Shown here piece by piece: positions 26,224 to 40,274 of a DNA stretch of 64,000 nucleotides. This stretch comes from Eledone cirrhosa (taxonomy: Eukaryota). The notes beneath the pieces are model-generated. The model was given only the letters and a program-made list of their open reading frames with translations. It was not told the DNA's origin and searched no databases. The stretch spans positions 180,730,001 to 180,794,000 of the forward strand of contig OZ024741.1 in the NCBI GenBank assembly GCA_964016885.1. The letters are read 5' to 3'. Every line of letters begins with the position of its first letter. The stretch's first letter is position 1. Made by a program: the position numbers and the translations under genes.

Positions 26224-26261
26224 TGCCAATAATAATGTTAGATTGTCATCAGTGAAGAATC

Positions 26262-27065
26262 ATCAGGTTGTTCAGAAATTATTGCAGATTTTTAAACATC
26301 AACTTTAAAACAACATACTCAGTCTAGAATAAACTTTATTGGTTGAAATAAAAACAATTAGAATTTACATAGTTTTGCTAACAAGATACAAGTTTACATA
26401 TTTCGGTAACATAGAATTCTGAAGTTCTGGAAGCAATGAATTCTTTGAAGATCTCAGTCCAACCACTGTTCTGAATGTCACCAGTTTTTGTATAGGATCC
26501 ACTTTTCAATGCACATCACAATGTGATCAAGAAGTGGGTCGTTTTTCTTGCATAGAAGAACCAATGCATAGAAGAACCAAAGAGCAGACTTCATCATGGC
26601 AATTTTTCTGGTTTCTTTTCAATTTGCATGGCACCCATTTTTCAAGCTTCTTCAACTTTCTAATTTGGTTCAAATGTTCAGAAATTGTTCCAATGCTTAC
26701 ATTTAACCCTCCTTAACTTCAAGAGTGAATTTACCACCACAACAGATTCTTTGCACTGTGCATTCAATAACACTCCCTTAACCCCAAACTTCATTGATGT
26801 TTCTAGCAGTTTGTGCTGCACAACAGCTGAGTTTAAACTCATAGAAATAAATATGGCAAAAATCCTTTGTTGACATCTTAACTTCAATGATGTGAAAATG
26901 ATAAAAATGCAATTTATATTAAAAATGAATTAGATAGAAAGAAAGAGCATAAAATTAGATTTAAAATGATGCTTAATTTTACATACGTTACATGAGTTTT
27001 TATTCTTTAAAAGATGTTGAAACAAATATAAATATATAACTTGCATTAATTCCTGAACAACCTAA
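26262..27065 (-). mobile_element. Internally deleted mariner element
   Basis: TIRs atcaggttgttcagaaattattgca / ttgcattaattcctgaacaacctaa; minus strand encodes KKLEKWVP (mariner WVP motif). Confidence 0.75.
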
Positions 27066-27199
27066 CAAACAATGCAATGTAATGTGATAGTCTTTAGCTT
27101 TCTATATTTCTTATATTTCTTATATTAAAGTTTTTTTCTCATATAACACACTACCAGAGAAGGTCCAAGGTTTTTTTTCTTTTGCTTCAAACCATTGCA

Positions 27200-27735
27200 T
27201 GCACCACCATCATTACCACCACCACCACCATTGTCATCGTCACATCTATCACTGTAACAACCACCATCATCATCACCATCAACACATCATCACCTTTACC
27301 ATCTTCATCACCATCATCATCAGTACATCATCACCTTCATCTAGCATCATTATCAACACATCATTACCTTTACCATCATCATCATCAATACATCAGCATC
27401 ATTATCAACACATCATCACCTTAACCATCATCATCACCATCATCATCAGTACATCATCACCTTCATCAGCATCATTATCAACACATTACCTTTACCATCA
27501 TCATCATCATCAATACATCAGCATCATTATCAACACATCATCACCTTTACCATCATCATCATCAACACATCATTACCTTCATCATCATCATCATCATCAT
27601 CATCATAATTATCAACACATCAACTTTACCATCATCATTATCATTATTATTATCAACACATCATCAACCTTATCATCATCATTATCAACACATCATCACC
27701 TTCACCATCATCATCATCATCATCAACACATCTAA
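27200..27735. repeat. (CAT)/(CAC)-rich low-complexity tract with higher-order internal duplications
   Basis: Direct inspection; His/Ser/Ile-rich ORFs are artefacts. Confidence 0.9.
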
Positions 27736-28120
27736 CAAGGTAGTCAAATCTCCTTGGAATTTACTCACTGCATATCCACTACCCCATTCTTTGTCTCTCT
27801 CTTTAACTCTGTCCACCCCTCTATTTCTCCCTCTGCCTCTCTTTTTCACTCCCTCTCTCAAGCCGTCCCTCTCTCCCTCCTATCAATCTCTCTCTCATCA
27901 GCTTCCTCTCTTAGTCTCTCTCTTTTCTCTTTTCTCTTTTCTCCTGCTCTATTCATAATAAATACAAATACTGTATTAAAAAATCCATTAAAATTAAAAC
28001 AATTCCCATAGAAAAATAGAATCACAAATAGAATTAAGTCTTAATTTTTATATTTTTTATTAAAAATTCTTCATTATATTGACAGAATGTGTATGTGTGT
28101 GAGTGGTGTATTATATATAT

Positions 28121-28372
28121 CATCATCATCTTCGTTTAACGTCCATTTTCTACGCTAGCACGGGTTAGACGGGAGTTGTCCCACTTGAGGCAAGGTTTGG
28201 TCGGGTGACCGTGTCTCGCTCATATAGGACTATCTGGCAGGTTTTCTACAGCTGGATGCCCTTCCTAACACCAACCTCATTTACAGTGTGGAACTGGGAA
28301 TTTTTTACCGAGTTAGCTACACGGCCACATTACAGCGTGGACCGTGTGTTTTTTTCTCGTGACACCTACACA
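28121..28372 (-). mobile_element. 5'-truncated RTE 3' UTR copy in (TA)n
   Basis: Reverse complement of about 49280-49640. Confidence 0.8.
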
Positions 28373-31176
28373 ATTCGTATATATATATATATATATAATT
28401 CTCTATCTTTCCCTGTAGTATTTTATAAAAGATTTTCTCATTTTAAAAGTCATTTAGGGAAGCAGAAGCACGCATTACTGTATTAGATGATGATGATGGT
28501 GATAATGATGATGAGTATGGTAATAATGATAATGACAAAATGGTAAAAATAGTTGTCATTTATCATCATCCACCACTACACCATAATCATTACCCTTAGA
28601 TCACCACCATCATTACCATTAGCATCATCATCATTACCGTTAACATCATTATCTTTGCCATTATCCCCACACATAAATGTTTGTCTTGATATTGTTTCTA
28701 TGACAATTTTGAACCATTCACAAAATTGAAAAAAGGAAAAATGGATGAATGGAAGCTACATGAAGAAAAGAAAAGAGAATATATATATATATAAAAAAAA
28801 AGAAAGTGAAAATAAAATGAAAATCGTTCTTTTATTCACCAATCAATAGAATTATGATAGGAAAATGGTGGACACTTCATGGCAGACACTTTGGAAATCA
28901 AAGGTTTTAGTTGTTTGCTGTTTTCACTGAAAAATAAAGGAAATAAAGGACTGACCACATAATATGAGGATTTTAGGTTGTCAGTCACAACAATTTCTCT
29001 ATTTATCTACTGGAATGAGATGGTTGGGTCATCAGCTATGCAGGGATCAAGGACACAAAAGATCTTGACAGAGACTGGTAAAAAGAGGAAGTGGTTGGTT
29101 AGGCTTAGAAAAACTGTGAGGAAAGGGAAAACAGAGCAATAGCTAATAGCTAGAAAAAGGCCAGATGCTTGAAGTTTGCCAGATTGTGAGAGAATGTACT
29201 CTTGAAAATCGATATATGACTGGGGAAAAGAGGTCTGAAATTATAGTGGCGCATAATGTATCATATGTCTCTCTATATTTAATATGGTAGTAGTGGTAGA
29301 ATGAATTAAAGGAAAGATACCAGTTTAATGTCTCTCTGATATCATTACTACTGTTTTCCCTTACATGGTTCATATAAAATTTGGACACAGGCATACCTGA
29401 ATGGTTAAGAAGTTTTTTTGCAATCATGAGGTCCCGAGTTCGATCCCACTGCATACCATAGCCTTAAGTTGATTGATCCAGGCCTTGTGAGTAATATTGA
29501 GTAGACAGAAACTGTTTGGAAGTCCATTGGATGGATTGTACTTGTAACTCAAAGGTCCAGCTTTGTCATGTATTGTGTCACATTGATCTGTCTTGGGAAT
29601 TCTATTGATGTCTGGGTGTGGAACTCATGAATTACTGTGTAAGTGGTTGAGTAATCCATAGACACCAAGATGATTGAACAACTGGATGCTCTTCATTAAA
29701 ACTGCTGGAGGATCATTGCTCATCCTCCACCTAAAAAAATTTATGTTTAGAGCAGCATACTTACTGATTTTATTTTTTTTTATTGATTATTCTCACAACT
29801 CTTGGAGGAATTGTTCAGAATAAGTTTTAGGATTAGAATAATGCTAGTTGTTATTTCAGCTCTTCTCCAGTAGTTGCTGGCACAATTTTAGCTTAACACT
29901 ACACACCAAAAGGATATATTCATCAGCTGTGCTTATGTCTGTCTGTCTGTCTGTTCATCTGTCTATCTACCTGTCTGTCCATCTTTTCTCCCTTTCTCAA
30001 AGACCACGAGGAAACTACTATGTGGTTGTTCGACCTGCTATAAATAGCAGACAAATTTTTCTCAAACCAAACCTGTCTTCCATGAAGACTTATGGTTGGA
30101 ATGCTTTTGATCCTTTTATACGATCCTTGCCAAAATTAGCTTTGGTTTTATGAAACAAATAATAACCCATTTTAAATCATTCCTATTTAAATAAAAAGTT
30201 TCCAATATAATTTTTTTTCATAAGAACCATTATGTTAAGTTACTCTCATATTACTGAAATAATTGATAATTTTAGAAAATCTTTCAAAATTTTTCATAAA
30301 TTAATTAAAACCATTGTCATTAGAAATATGGTAATGAAAGAGTTAATAAAAAAATGAATATTTAAAATATAAATTCATTACCCACTCTTCTCAACACCAC
30401 AGGTTCTAATTCCCTTGCATCTAATGCCCCTGGTACTGAAAAGTTTTGTTGCCTCTGAAGTTAGTGCTGTATCTCATTAGTATGCTAAACTTAAGTTTAG
30501 TGGTGTGCAATTCCATTGTGAAATAATCAAGCCAAAGATTGAATTGTTGGTGTTGGTGTTGTTGTGGTTGTGGTGTTGATGAGAAGGGGGAGGATTGCGT
30601 TTTAACCATTTTAATACGAAAGTGCTTGAAATCAACCATAGCTGTACAATACAAAACTCTTTATTTTAACATGTTAACATTTATCTAAAAATCTTCCATT
30701 ATAATTTTATGTAATTCATGTTCCAAACACCAGCTTAAGAATAAGAAAGTTATATTGTTTAATTTTCAACACTACTTAATAACGAGAAAGTTATATTACT
30801 AAATCCCACCAAATTCTTTGAAAATCATATGCAGTGTCTTTAAATAGAAATATGGTAATGAAAAAGTTAAGTGTTCATATTTATCTAAAGACATTCCATC
30901 ATAATTTTATCTATAATTTTATTTAAGAACCTTTGTTATGTTCAGAACACTCGAGAAAGTTAATTATATTACTAAATCTCACCAAATTTTTGATCATTTA
31001 AAAATTTATTTGAATTTCACAGACAATGTATTTCTTTAGAAATATGGTAAGGAAAGAGTTAATAAAATATCTCATGAGATTTCAGCTCAAGAGATTTCAT
31101 TAACACTAGAGAGAAAAATGTTTGGCATATTTCATCAGCTTAATCATAGAGTTATGTTTCTGGTTTTATGGTTTTA

Positions 31177-31792
31177 CTGGCAGTGTATCCCGGCGTTGCA
31201 CAGGTAAGAAACATTGGTAATAGCACCTCCAATGAGAAACGTTTATTTGTGAGTGCCTGTTAAAAACTCACAAAAATATACCGACAGGAAACTTGTTTTA
31301 TTTGGAGAAAATTAAGAAGATGAAAGTACAGTTTAGCTGTCTACATGTATTGTTCATAGAAATATTGTTGAGCCCCTTCTTTTCATACTCCTTTTGTGAC
31401 AGTTGTCCCCCGGCAATGCAGAGCACCTTTAAAATGAAGCCTGATGGTTGGGGAATACGTGATTTTTAACATAGGTGTGAGGATATTTTTTGGCGAGTGC
31501 TTTCTAAATAGTTCCACTATTTCTATCTATGTATGTAATGGGGCATATGGCTTGGTTCTAACACCAATAATAATGTGTGCAACGGGGGTAAGTGATTATG
31601 TCTCAGGAAGTATTGCAAAAAAATGCCAAACCGTTGACTATGTAATTGCTGATCTTGTGCCAAATGTAGTGGGACTTTTTTGGTGGCTTATCAGCAGTAA
31701 CAATGACGATAAGTCATCTGTGCTTTCGTGAAATAAATAAGTTTGTTTATATTCTGTTTTTGTGTATGCAAAAATATCTGTACACGAATGTA

Positions 31793-31850
<58 letters not shown>

Positions 31851-32370
31851 TAACAGATTAAAGTTTAAACAAAGAATTGCTGCTTTTACCCTTAATGGGA
31901 TCTTCTGAAACTAAAAAAATCAATCTGTGAGCGCAAAAGTAAATATTTCGAAAAATATTATAACCGAAGGAAAACAGTAAGACGATACTTTGGTTCGTGA
32001 AGACGTTCCCTAGCGATGAACGGAAAATAGGGAAGATAATACGTCAGCAATGAGAACAATGTTTTCATAATGTCGTAATGCAGACAGCCAGATATACAGA
32101 CAGATATTATAAGGGTGCAACGTTATAGCTATGTATCTATCTAAAAAGACAGACTAAGAAAGAGAGAGAGATCGATAACCGGCGCCTAACACCCCTTTAA
32201 CAACAGAAAATTGAAAAATAAAAGCTGCAGTTAATATCTTTAGACCACAAGTTTGAAGTCATACACCGCAAGTTTGAAGTCAATCGGAGTAGAAATGTGG
32301 ATTTGTATAGACTTTGCAAAAATTAGGGGACACACACACAGACAATTTCAGTTTTATATATATGTATAGA
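31177..32370 (-). mobile_element. Non-autonomous Helitron-like element
   Basis: Minus strand starts a|TCtatacatatatataaaactg and ends cctgtgcaacgccggg hairpin + ctgCCAG|t; internal (TA)n and (CA)n. Confidence 0.65.
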
Positions 32371-32551
32371 TGATACTCCCTACCTCTTGATAATATATAT
32401 ATATGCATTACTGATTCCTCGTTATCTTTAATATATGTATACATATATATATATATATACAGTATATATATTTATATAATTGGTGTTGGATGCTTAAAGC
32501 GTCCATATGCAGTAGGCATGAGCACTCAATGCCCTTGTAGAGCAGAGTATG

Positions 32552-32766
32552 ATATCACAGAAAAAAGAGAATCAGTGTTGCGACAAAAGGAATTTATAAG
32601 AAAATCTGCTTCGTAGAATCGAGATGTATCTGACAACCGTGTTGATTTCAGAGTCATGTGTGATCACCATATCAATCGTGCCTCGAGTTGGTCGCCCGAG
32701 AAACATTTGTAATATGTCCAATAAATTCCTTTCATCGCAACACTGATTCTCTTTTTTCTGTGATAT
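32552..32766 (+). mobile_element. Penelope-like terminal fragment with 46-bp inverted duplication
   Basis: Arms 32552-32597 and 32721-32766; gaaacat-ttgtaat-atgtc half-hammerhead and aataaa precede the right arm, which ends in (TA)n. Confidence 0.55.
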
Positions 32767-32979
32767 ATATATATATATATAAATTTTAGTACAGCATTGA
32801 CGAAGCTTTAGAATACGGCCAAGCTAGCGTATATGCATAATCGGTCTGTAGCTTGAGCACTCGGATGAGGAAAAACCCCAGAGTAATAACATTACGTTCA
32901 GACAGCTTAGCAAATCAGATATACCGGTCGGCAGTCCAACCGCATTACCAGAGCAACGAAAATACAGGACCCAGGAAAA

Positions 32980-33014
<35 letters not shown>

Positions 33015-33017
<3 letters not shown>

Positions 33018-33098
33018 CGAAGGGAGTGTGGTAAGGAAACCAGATGGACCATAACGCACCAGAATACTCAATACTTAGGGTAGTAGAGTGGGAAATAG
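33015..33098 (-). mobile_element. Tail-only copy of the fold-back hairpin element
   Basis: Reverse complement of 49791-49872; lacks the hairpin; (TA)n flanks. Confidence 0.85.
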
Positions 33099-33879
33099 AT
33101 ACACACATATATATATATATACATCACTCTTCAATACTCCACTGCTGCAGCCTCTCCTTCCCCATCTTTTTGCATCACTAACCTTTGCACTTCTTCAATA
33201 TTTTCCTGTTTTCATGTACTGTTCTTGGTCTAGATTTATGTTCATCCTTAACCTGATTATTTGCTTCAGAAAATCTTTTAAACCATCTGTATAAACTTAC
33301 TTTGCTCATCCATTTAACTACATAGGCCTCCTCTAACATTCCATAGGCTTCCTGTTTGGTTTTTTTAAGTTTAACACAAAATTTGATGAGGTAACGTTAC
33401 TCCATGTTTCCTTGCATCTTGCCACATGTTGACAGATTGGTGAATGGATCAAACTGGTTCCACCACTTACACCATTTTGCTCCAACCTGGGCAGATAGGA
33501 AGTTGCCAGCTTATCACTTTATACATTATATGTAAGTCTACTTCACCATGAAGTAACATTCTAATTGAATAATATTTAATGTCTCTCCTGAAATTTTCTT
33601 ATTACTTATTGGACATACCTCTATATATAAAGGTGATGAACAGAATTAAATAAATATAGAACAACTGACATCATAACAACTATTGTAATGTATTTAAAGT
33701 GATGAAAGAGGAAGAAGGTGATAGTCATGATGATGGTGGGGGATATTATTTTTACAGCCTTAAACTTTGACATCATTGATAATTTGTTTTGTGTCAGAAA
33801 TAATTCAAAATATGTTGATAGATTTTGCACAGATCTCTAGGCCTTGAAATTCTTTAATTGTTTTGCAGTCAGATAGGTG

Positions 33880-34080
33880 GCAGTAGTTGTAATAATAGTG
33901 ATGGTAGTATTAGTGGTGGCGGTGGTAGTAATAGTGGTAGTGGTGGTAATAGTAATAGCAAGGTGAGTGGGGAGTAATAGCAGCAATTGTGGTAATAGTA
34001 GTGATGGTGGTGGTAGTAGAAACAGTAGTAGTAATAGTGATGGTGGTAACAGTAGTAGTAGTAGTAGTAGCAATAATAGA
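33880..34080. repeat. (TAG)/(TGG) low-complexity tract
   Basis: Direct inspection. Confidence 0.85.
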
Positions 34081-35339
34081 AGGGGAGCAGTTTGTTTCTG
34101 AGTCCACCTTCTCTCTTTGGTGCAATGCACATACGTTACCAACAGAATGAATTTATTAACTTAGTAATATATATTTTATAGGTCAGTAGCCACGAGAGTT
34201 GTGTTACATGTAGATATATAACATGTGTTAATGGTGGTGAATTGTCAGATTCATTTGAGTATCAGATTTGGGCTGGGGTTGACAGTGCTGGATTTACCAT
34301 TGGGCTTTGTAGCATATGTTCTGGCTTTCTGCACTCATGTTAAAATCCCACCAAGGTTAGCTCTACCTTTCATACTTTGGGCTGGGGTTAACAGTGCTGG
34401 ATTTACCATTGTGCTTAGGTGTGCTTAAGCACAAGGCCCCGTTAGCCAGGGTTGGAGGGAGGGCATCTTCCTGCCAAAAATATTTTTTACTACTTTCAGG
34501 GCCCAAGAGAGGGGCCTCTTAATTTAACTAGCACAGGGCCTCATTTATCCTAAATCTGGCACAGGGGTTAGATAAATACAGTATTAGTCTAAGGGTAGTG
34601 GATTGGTGAAATTGTTAAAGCTTTGGATAAGTTGTTTTGCTGTAACTATTCTGGCTCTGTACATTCTTAGTTCAAATCTCACCTCTTGTCACCTGAAAAG
34701 TGGCAGTGCTTTTGTCAGGAGTTGCAACTGACAGATAGTGTCAGCAATGGAAAGACCGATGAAAACATAATTTCCTTGGTTTGTTCTGAGTTCAAATGCA
34801 GTCAAAGTCAACTCCACTTTCATCTTTCCACAGGGTTGATAAATATAGTTGCAGTATAGAGTAGCAGACTGTTAGAATCATTAGAGCATAAAAGGAGGTA
34901 TTTTGCAGTTTCTGTTCTGGCTTTCTGCATTCTGTGTTCAAATATGGCTAAAGTCAACTTTGCCTTCCAGGGGTTGATAAATATAGGATCCTTTTAGGGT
35001 GCGGGACTGCTTCAAATAGGTTGCCTTGTGGTATTTGTTCTGGCTCTTTGCATTCCAAGTTCAAATTCCACTGTGGCCAACTTAGCTAGTAGACTTAATC
35101 CATCACCCAGTTTGAATCTTAATAATAGACTTTGTATTGAACAATCTTGCTAAAAGAAAAGAATTTGCATGTTTAACATTACATAAAATGAAAATGTTTC
35201 TAATTGCAAAAAGATGATCAAGCAACAATCCTGAGCAGACATTGGTGGCTTTGCAAGTACAATTAAATATGTATATAGTAAGCAAAGCAGGTATGTATGT
35301 ATGTACGTATGTACGACCATATGTATGTCTGATTGTATG

Positions 35340-36010
35340 CTTCTCTTTCTCTTAATTTCGAGTACATTTTTGACCGGCCACCTTCCTGGTGGCAAGGTTG
35401 TAAAAGAAAAGAAATTGTCATCCTTTGTTTTGCAAATTTTGAAGGTGCCAGCTATTGCAGCCATTTGTAGTCTATGAATTAGGGAGATGCACTCTTTGTC
35501 CACAAATCCAAGTTCAGTCATACTTTGGTCCAAGCGGGTTGGTATATAACCTGTAGTTCCAATAATTGTTTCTACTTTAGGCACAAGGCCAGCAATTACC
35601 CAATGCATTACTGGTACTTTATTTTATCGACCCCATAGACTTTGTAACCTGTAGTTCCAATAATGATGGGTATAAAGCTGAAGGTGTATCTTGGATAATG
35701 GATCTGCTAATTCCTCATCAATGGTCCATAGATGTCCTCCTTCTCCTGTATTTTTCTTACAACGTTGACATCAAGTAGGCAGCTGATCTCTACAAGTGAG
35801 CAAGTTTTCAATGTGTGGTCCCAAACAACACTATCAGGCCAGTTGTGCTTTAATTTGGTGGCAGTTTTTATTTTCAAGTTCCACCAGTATTCCTTTGTGC
35901 CATCTATCTCAATATATTCCTCCTCATTTGTTTTTAATTTTGTTTTCCTAAGTGCATTCCAGATGGTTTTATCACATCATGTCTCATAGGGAGGTAGTAA
36001 CGAGACAATA
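35340..36010 (-). mobile_element. R4/Dong-like RLE element, same family as 11476-12258, interrupted by a SINE
   Basis: High similarity to 11480-12060 (GYIPTRLDQSMTELGF, LQMAAIAGTFKICKT); (TATG)-rich flanks; SINE 3' piece at 35567-35644. Confidence 0.85.
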
Positions 36011-36329
36011 TACTTCTGAACCTACTTCTATGACCACTATGTGTGTATGTATGTATGAAAAGAAACCTGCGGCTTTGGAAGCATCCGATGATGTTGACCA
36101 GTTCTCCTTTTTGGGTAGTGTTTTCGATTGGTCGAGTGCAAGGCTTTTCCCCACTTAAAGAGACCTTCAAAGCACAGGCATTGCTTGTTCAGGATATGTT
36201 ACAGATTTGTGTGGCTGGCCGTAGTCTAAAAGTGCACCATTTTCTGTAATCTGACAAGCGATTGCAATACTCTTAGCAGAGTTTGCAACCATTACCATCA
36301 TCATTACCATCGCCATCTTTATTATTATT

Positions 36330-36660
36330 ATCCCGCCGAGGTTAGCTTTGCTTTTCATCCTTATGGGTTGATAAAATAAAGCGCTAGTAACACACTGCGG
36401 TCGATTTAATCAACTTTCCCCTCCACAAAAATTGCTGGCTTTGTGCCTATAGTAGAAATCATTATTATTATTATTGGCAGATTCGGTAGAGCGTCTGACA
36501 CTCTGTTTCGCAGCAAATAGTTACCTCGCTTTATTTTCTGAGTTCAAATCCCGCCGAGGTTAACTTTGCCTTTCATCCTTACGGGGTCTATAAAATAAAG
36601 TATCAGTAATGCACTGGTTTAATTGCTGGCCTTGTGCCAAAAATAGAAACAATTATTATT
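36330..36660 (+). mobile_element. Two adjacent tRNA-derived SINE copies
   Basis: Long-tail truncated copy followed by short-tail copy. Confidence 0.85.
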
Positions 36661-37476
36661 AATGACTACTGAGGTAGAAGCTATGCTTCACATCAGCTCC
36701 ATAAAATTTCTATCAATTTTGTTTATTTTAACTATTTCTAACCTTTTGTTAGAGTTTTAGACTTGACAAGGGTTTGGAGCTACTGACCTGCTTCTCGCAG
36801 GGGGATCAAGTTGTGTTAGTGTGACACCTACTGAGCTGTCAGCTTTATTAATTTTGTTAATTAAAAAAAAATATTTTTCACAAAAATTTAAATATATGGA
36901 TTCTGCTACAAAACACTGTACAGTGAAAGGTCACATAGATAGAGAGATAGAGAGATAGAGAGATAGAGAGAGAGATAGAGAGAGCGTGTTGTTAACACAA
37001 GCTAAAGTGAAAAGTGAGTCTCTATAATGGAAACAGACTCAAAAAGAAAACAAAAACATATTTTAAATATAATGGTTTTAAACACAAAATAATATTGGAA
37101 ACACATCCAACAAGAATAACAACAATGACAACAGCAGTAGCAGCAACAATGAAAATAACAGCACCAACTACAACAACAACAGCATCACCACCAACAACAG
37201 CAACAAGGAAACTAACAACAACAGCAGAAACAGCACCAACAACAACAAGGAAACTAACAACAGCAGCAACAGCAACAACAACAACAACAATGAAAATAAC
37301 AATAAATATAAAAAAAATCAATAACAATGAAAACAACCACATCAGCAACGAAAACAATAACAACAATAACAAGTCAACCAGTAAACGATATAATGTACCA
37401 GTAATGCACTGGGGTTGATTTAATTGACTTTCCCTTCCCCTAAAATTGTTGGCCTTCTGCATAAATCAGAAACCAA

Positions 37477-37670
37477 GGGCGGTGGATTGGCAGTATCGGT
37501 AGAGGGTCGGACGCCATGCTTTCCAGCATAGTTACGTCCCTTTACGATCTGAGTTCAAATCCCGCCGAGGTTGACTTTGCCTTTCATCCTTACGGGGTCG
37601 ATAAAATAAAGTACCAGTAATGCACTGGGTAATTGCTGGCCTTGTGCCTAAAGTAGAAACAATTATTATT
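37477..37670 (+). mobile_element. Full-length young tRNA-derived SINE (reference copy; central domain Meta/MESC-like)
   Basis: A box tggcagtatcggt, B box gagttcaaatccc, central gaggttgactttgcctttcatccttacggggtcgataaaataaagtaccag, (ATT)n tail; more than 25 relatives in the window. Confidence 0.9.
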
Positions 37671-38250
37671 GAGGAATTTATTTTTTTATTTTTTTATATT
37701 CTTATATATTTTTATATATTCCATATTTTTATATAATTTTATATATTTTCATTGTTAATTGTTTTTGTTATTGTGTACTTTATTCGATTTTATTGTAACC
37801 CCCACTGTCCCTGTCTTTGTATTGTCCCCTATATGTCTGCCCTTGTGGCTAATAAATGAAATCATAAGGGCAGTGGATTACAGTATCAGTAGAGCATCAG
37901 ACACCATGCTTTGCAACATAGAGTTATGGCTCTTTGTGTTGCGAGTTCAAATCCCAGCGATGTTAGTTTTGCCTTTCATCCTTACGGGGTTGATAAAATA
38001 TAGCACCAGTAATACACTGAGATATTTGCTGGCCTTGTGCCGAAATTAGAAACAATTATTATTATTAATATTTAACACAAAGCTTTATTTTTATACACCA
38101 AATTTTAGAATATATTATGCTGAAAAATATTAATTTTTATATTTATTTATTTTTCTGTATTGCATTCCTGCTGGATTACATAAATATATTTAAAAACTAA
38201 TTTCTTAAAAAAAAACAAAAATAAAAAACACACACACACACAGAGACACA

Positions 38251-38319
<69 letters not shown>

Positions 38320-40274
38320 TTTTAATAGCAGAATCAAATTGCATTTTGTAAGAAAAGTGTGAATATATAGAAATCCTGTATACTCTGTAATTAGCATAAA
38401 GTTCCTGTGTATTCTAGATTTCTTTTTACTTAATGACTAGGTTGTTTAAATTATTTATCTATCTATCTATCCTTCTATCCATCTCTCTGTCTGTCCATCT
38501 ACACACACATATACATGCACGCTAACACACTCATGCATATATATATATATATATATGTGAGATTTGAAGAGTGGTGCTGGTGAGGGCATTTTCCATTTAT
38601 GTTGTTACTTTTGAAAGAAAAGAGCTTCTGATGATCATCATCATTGTGATGTTGATGATGGTAATGCTACTCCTACTGATGATGATGATGAGTGTGTATG
38701 TGTTCCTCTCTCTCTATCTCTCTCTGTATGTATGTGTTTCTCTCTCTGTGTGTATGTGTGTGTGTATCAGTTTGATGATGAAGAGAATTAAAACTGTTGG
38801 TTTCTTTACTGTTACAGCAGCAAGTGAGATATTTATCTTGAGATCCTTTGGAGATTAAGAACCAAGCAGTTTAGCTATGAGTGACAGAAAAAAAAATAAT
38901 AGAAAGAAATACTCTTATATTTTTGTTTTATTGTCTTATGTTAACTTCTTTAATATAACCATCTTCAATTTCTTACACTTATATGTGTTGGGAATAAATC
39001 AATTGAGAAAACAATTTCCATAGAATCCAATGCATGATATTTCTTTTAATTCTGCCTCGTTTATGTAATAAGTAGTATAAGTGAGGCAACAACATCTCTG
39101 AGTGGCTAAGGTATTGTAGGCAGTGAATTGGCAAAGGTGTTAGAAATATATCAACATATTTATTCCTGATTTCAGTGCTCTGAGTTCAAATCCTACTGAA
39201 GTTATCTTTGCTTTACTCTTCTTTGGTTTTGATTGGGCGAGGGGGGAGCAATAAAATATTGTCTATCCACAGCAGTGGATTTGTGGAATTGTTAGAACAT
39301 TAAATGAGATACCTTGTGGTATTTGTTTTGGTACTTTGTATTCCAAGTTCAAATTATTCCCTAGAGATTCAAATACCATCAATGCCCATGGCTGATTGTC
39401 CAACCACATGGCCACAGCTGATTATGAAAGCTAGAATTGGTGGAAGAGGATTGTAGCTATCTGCTACTTTAGTTGAATGATGATGATGATGATGACGACA
39501 TGCTTGTTATACTCAAGCTAGTATATAAGGTATGCAGATTCTTGCCCGAGGTGCCATGCACTGGGATCGAAGACAGAACCATGTTATTGCATTTCTGATT
39601 TATGATGCTTAACCTGATGCCCTTCTAGCCTGGCGAAAGATGTCACAATGTCAACCACTCTCTTTAAGGCCACATCTTTCTCTCATTGCTTCCCCTTTGC
39701 AGGCAACCTTACTCTGAAGCAACATGTATCTTGATCCCTCCTTCCATGCTCCCATCTTTCCCATTCCAATCACTACCTTCTCAGCCAAACTGAAAACAAC
39801 ATAATGAGCATTCTGTTTTAATAAGAAGTAGTGCTGAAACCACAATAAAGTACATGCAGCTCACTCTGTAAAATGATTGTGCAGATGCTATGATAAAAAG
39901 CATCCAGTCCACCCTGTTAGGTGGTAGTTGCAATGCTACACTAAAACATACCCAATATATACTGCAAAGTGGTTGGCATTAGGAAGGGCATCTAGCTGTA
40001 TAAACCATGCTAGAGTGGAATGCATGAATGAGACACAGTCATCTGACCTGTTTAGTCTCATAATGTACTAACTTGTCTAACCCATGCAAGTGTGAAAAAT
40101 AGACATTAAAAAGCGATGATGATGATGATGATTATGATGATGATTATGATGATGATGTTGCACACTGCCTTTGCTCAACTAACCATTCTAGATACCAAAA
40201 AACCTTGTAGAGGAAAGTAAACCTGTAATAGATTAGTTTTCTGATCTGGAGAAGAGTTGTCTCTCATCTACTCA

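Noticed and set aside
27182-27735. His-rich and Ser/Ile-rich ORFs, also at 52656-53562 and 33837-34142
   Set aside because: Translations of trinucleotide low-complexity tracts, open in several frames, with no splice or domain evidence
37477-37570. tRNA-like sequence with A and B boxes
   Set aside because: It is the head of a high-copy SINE continuing into a conserved body and (ATT)n tail, not a tRNA gene
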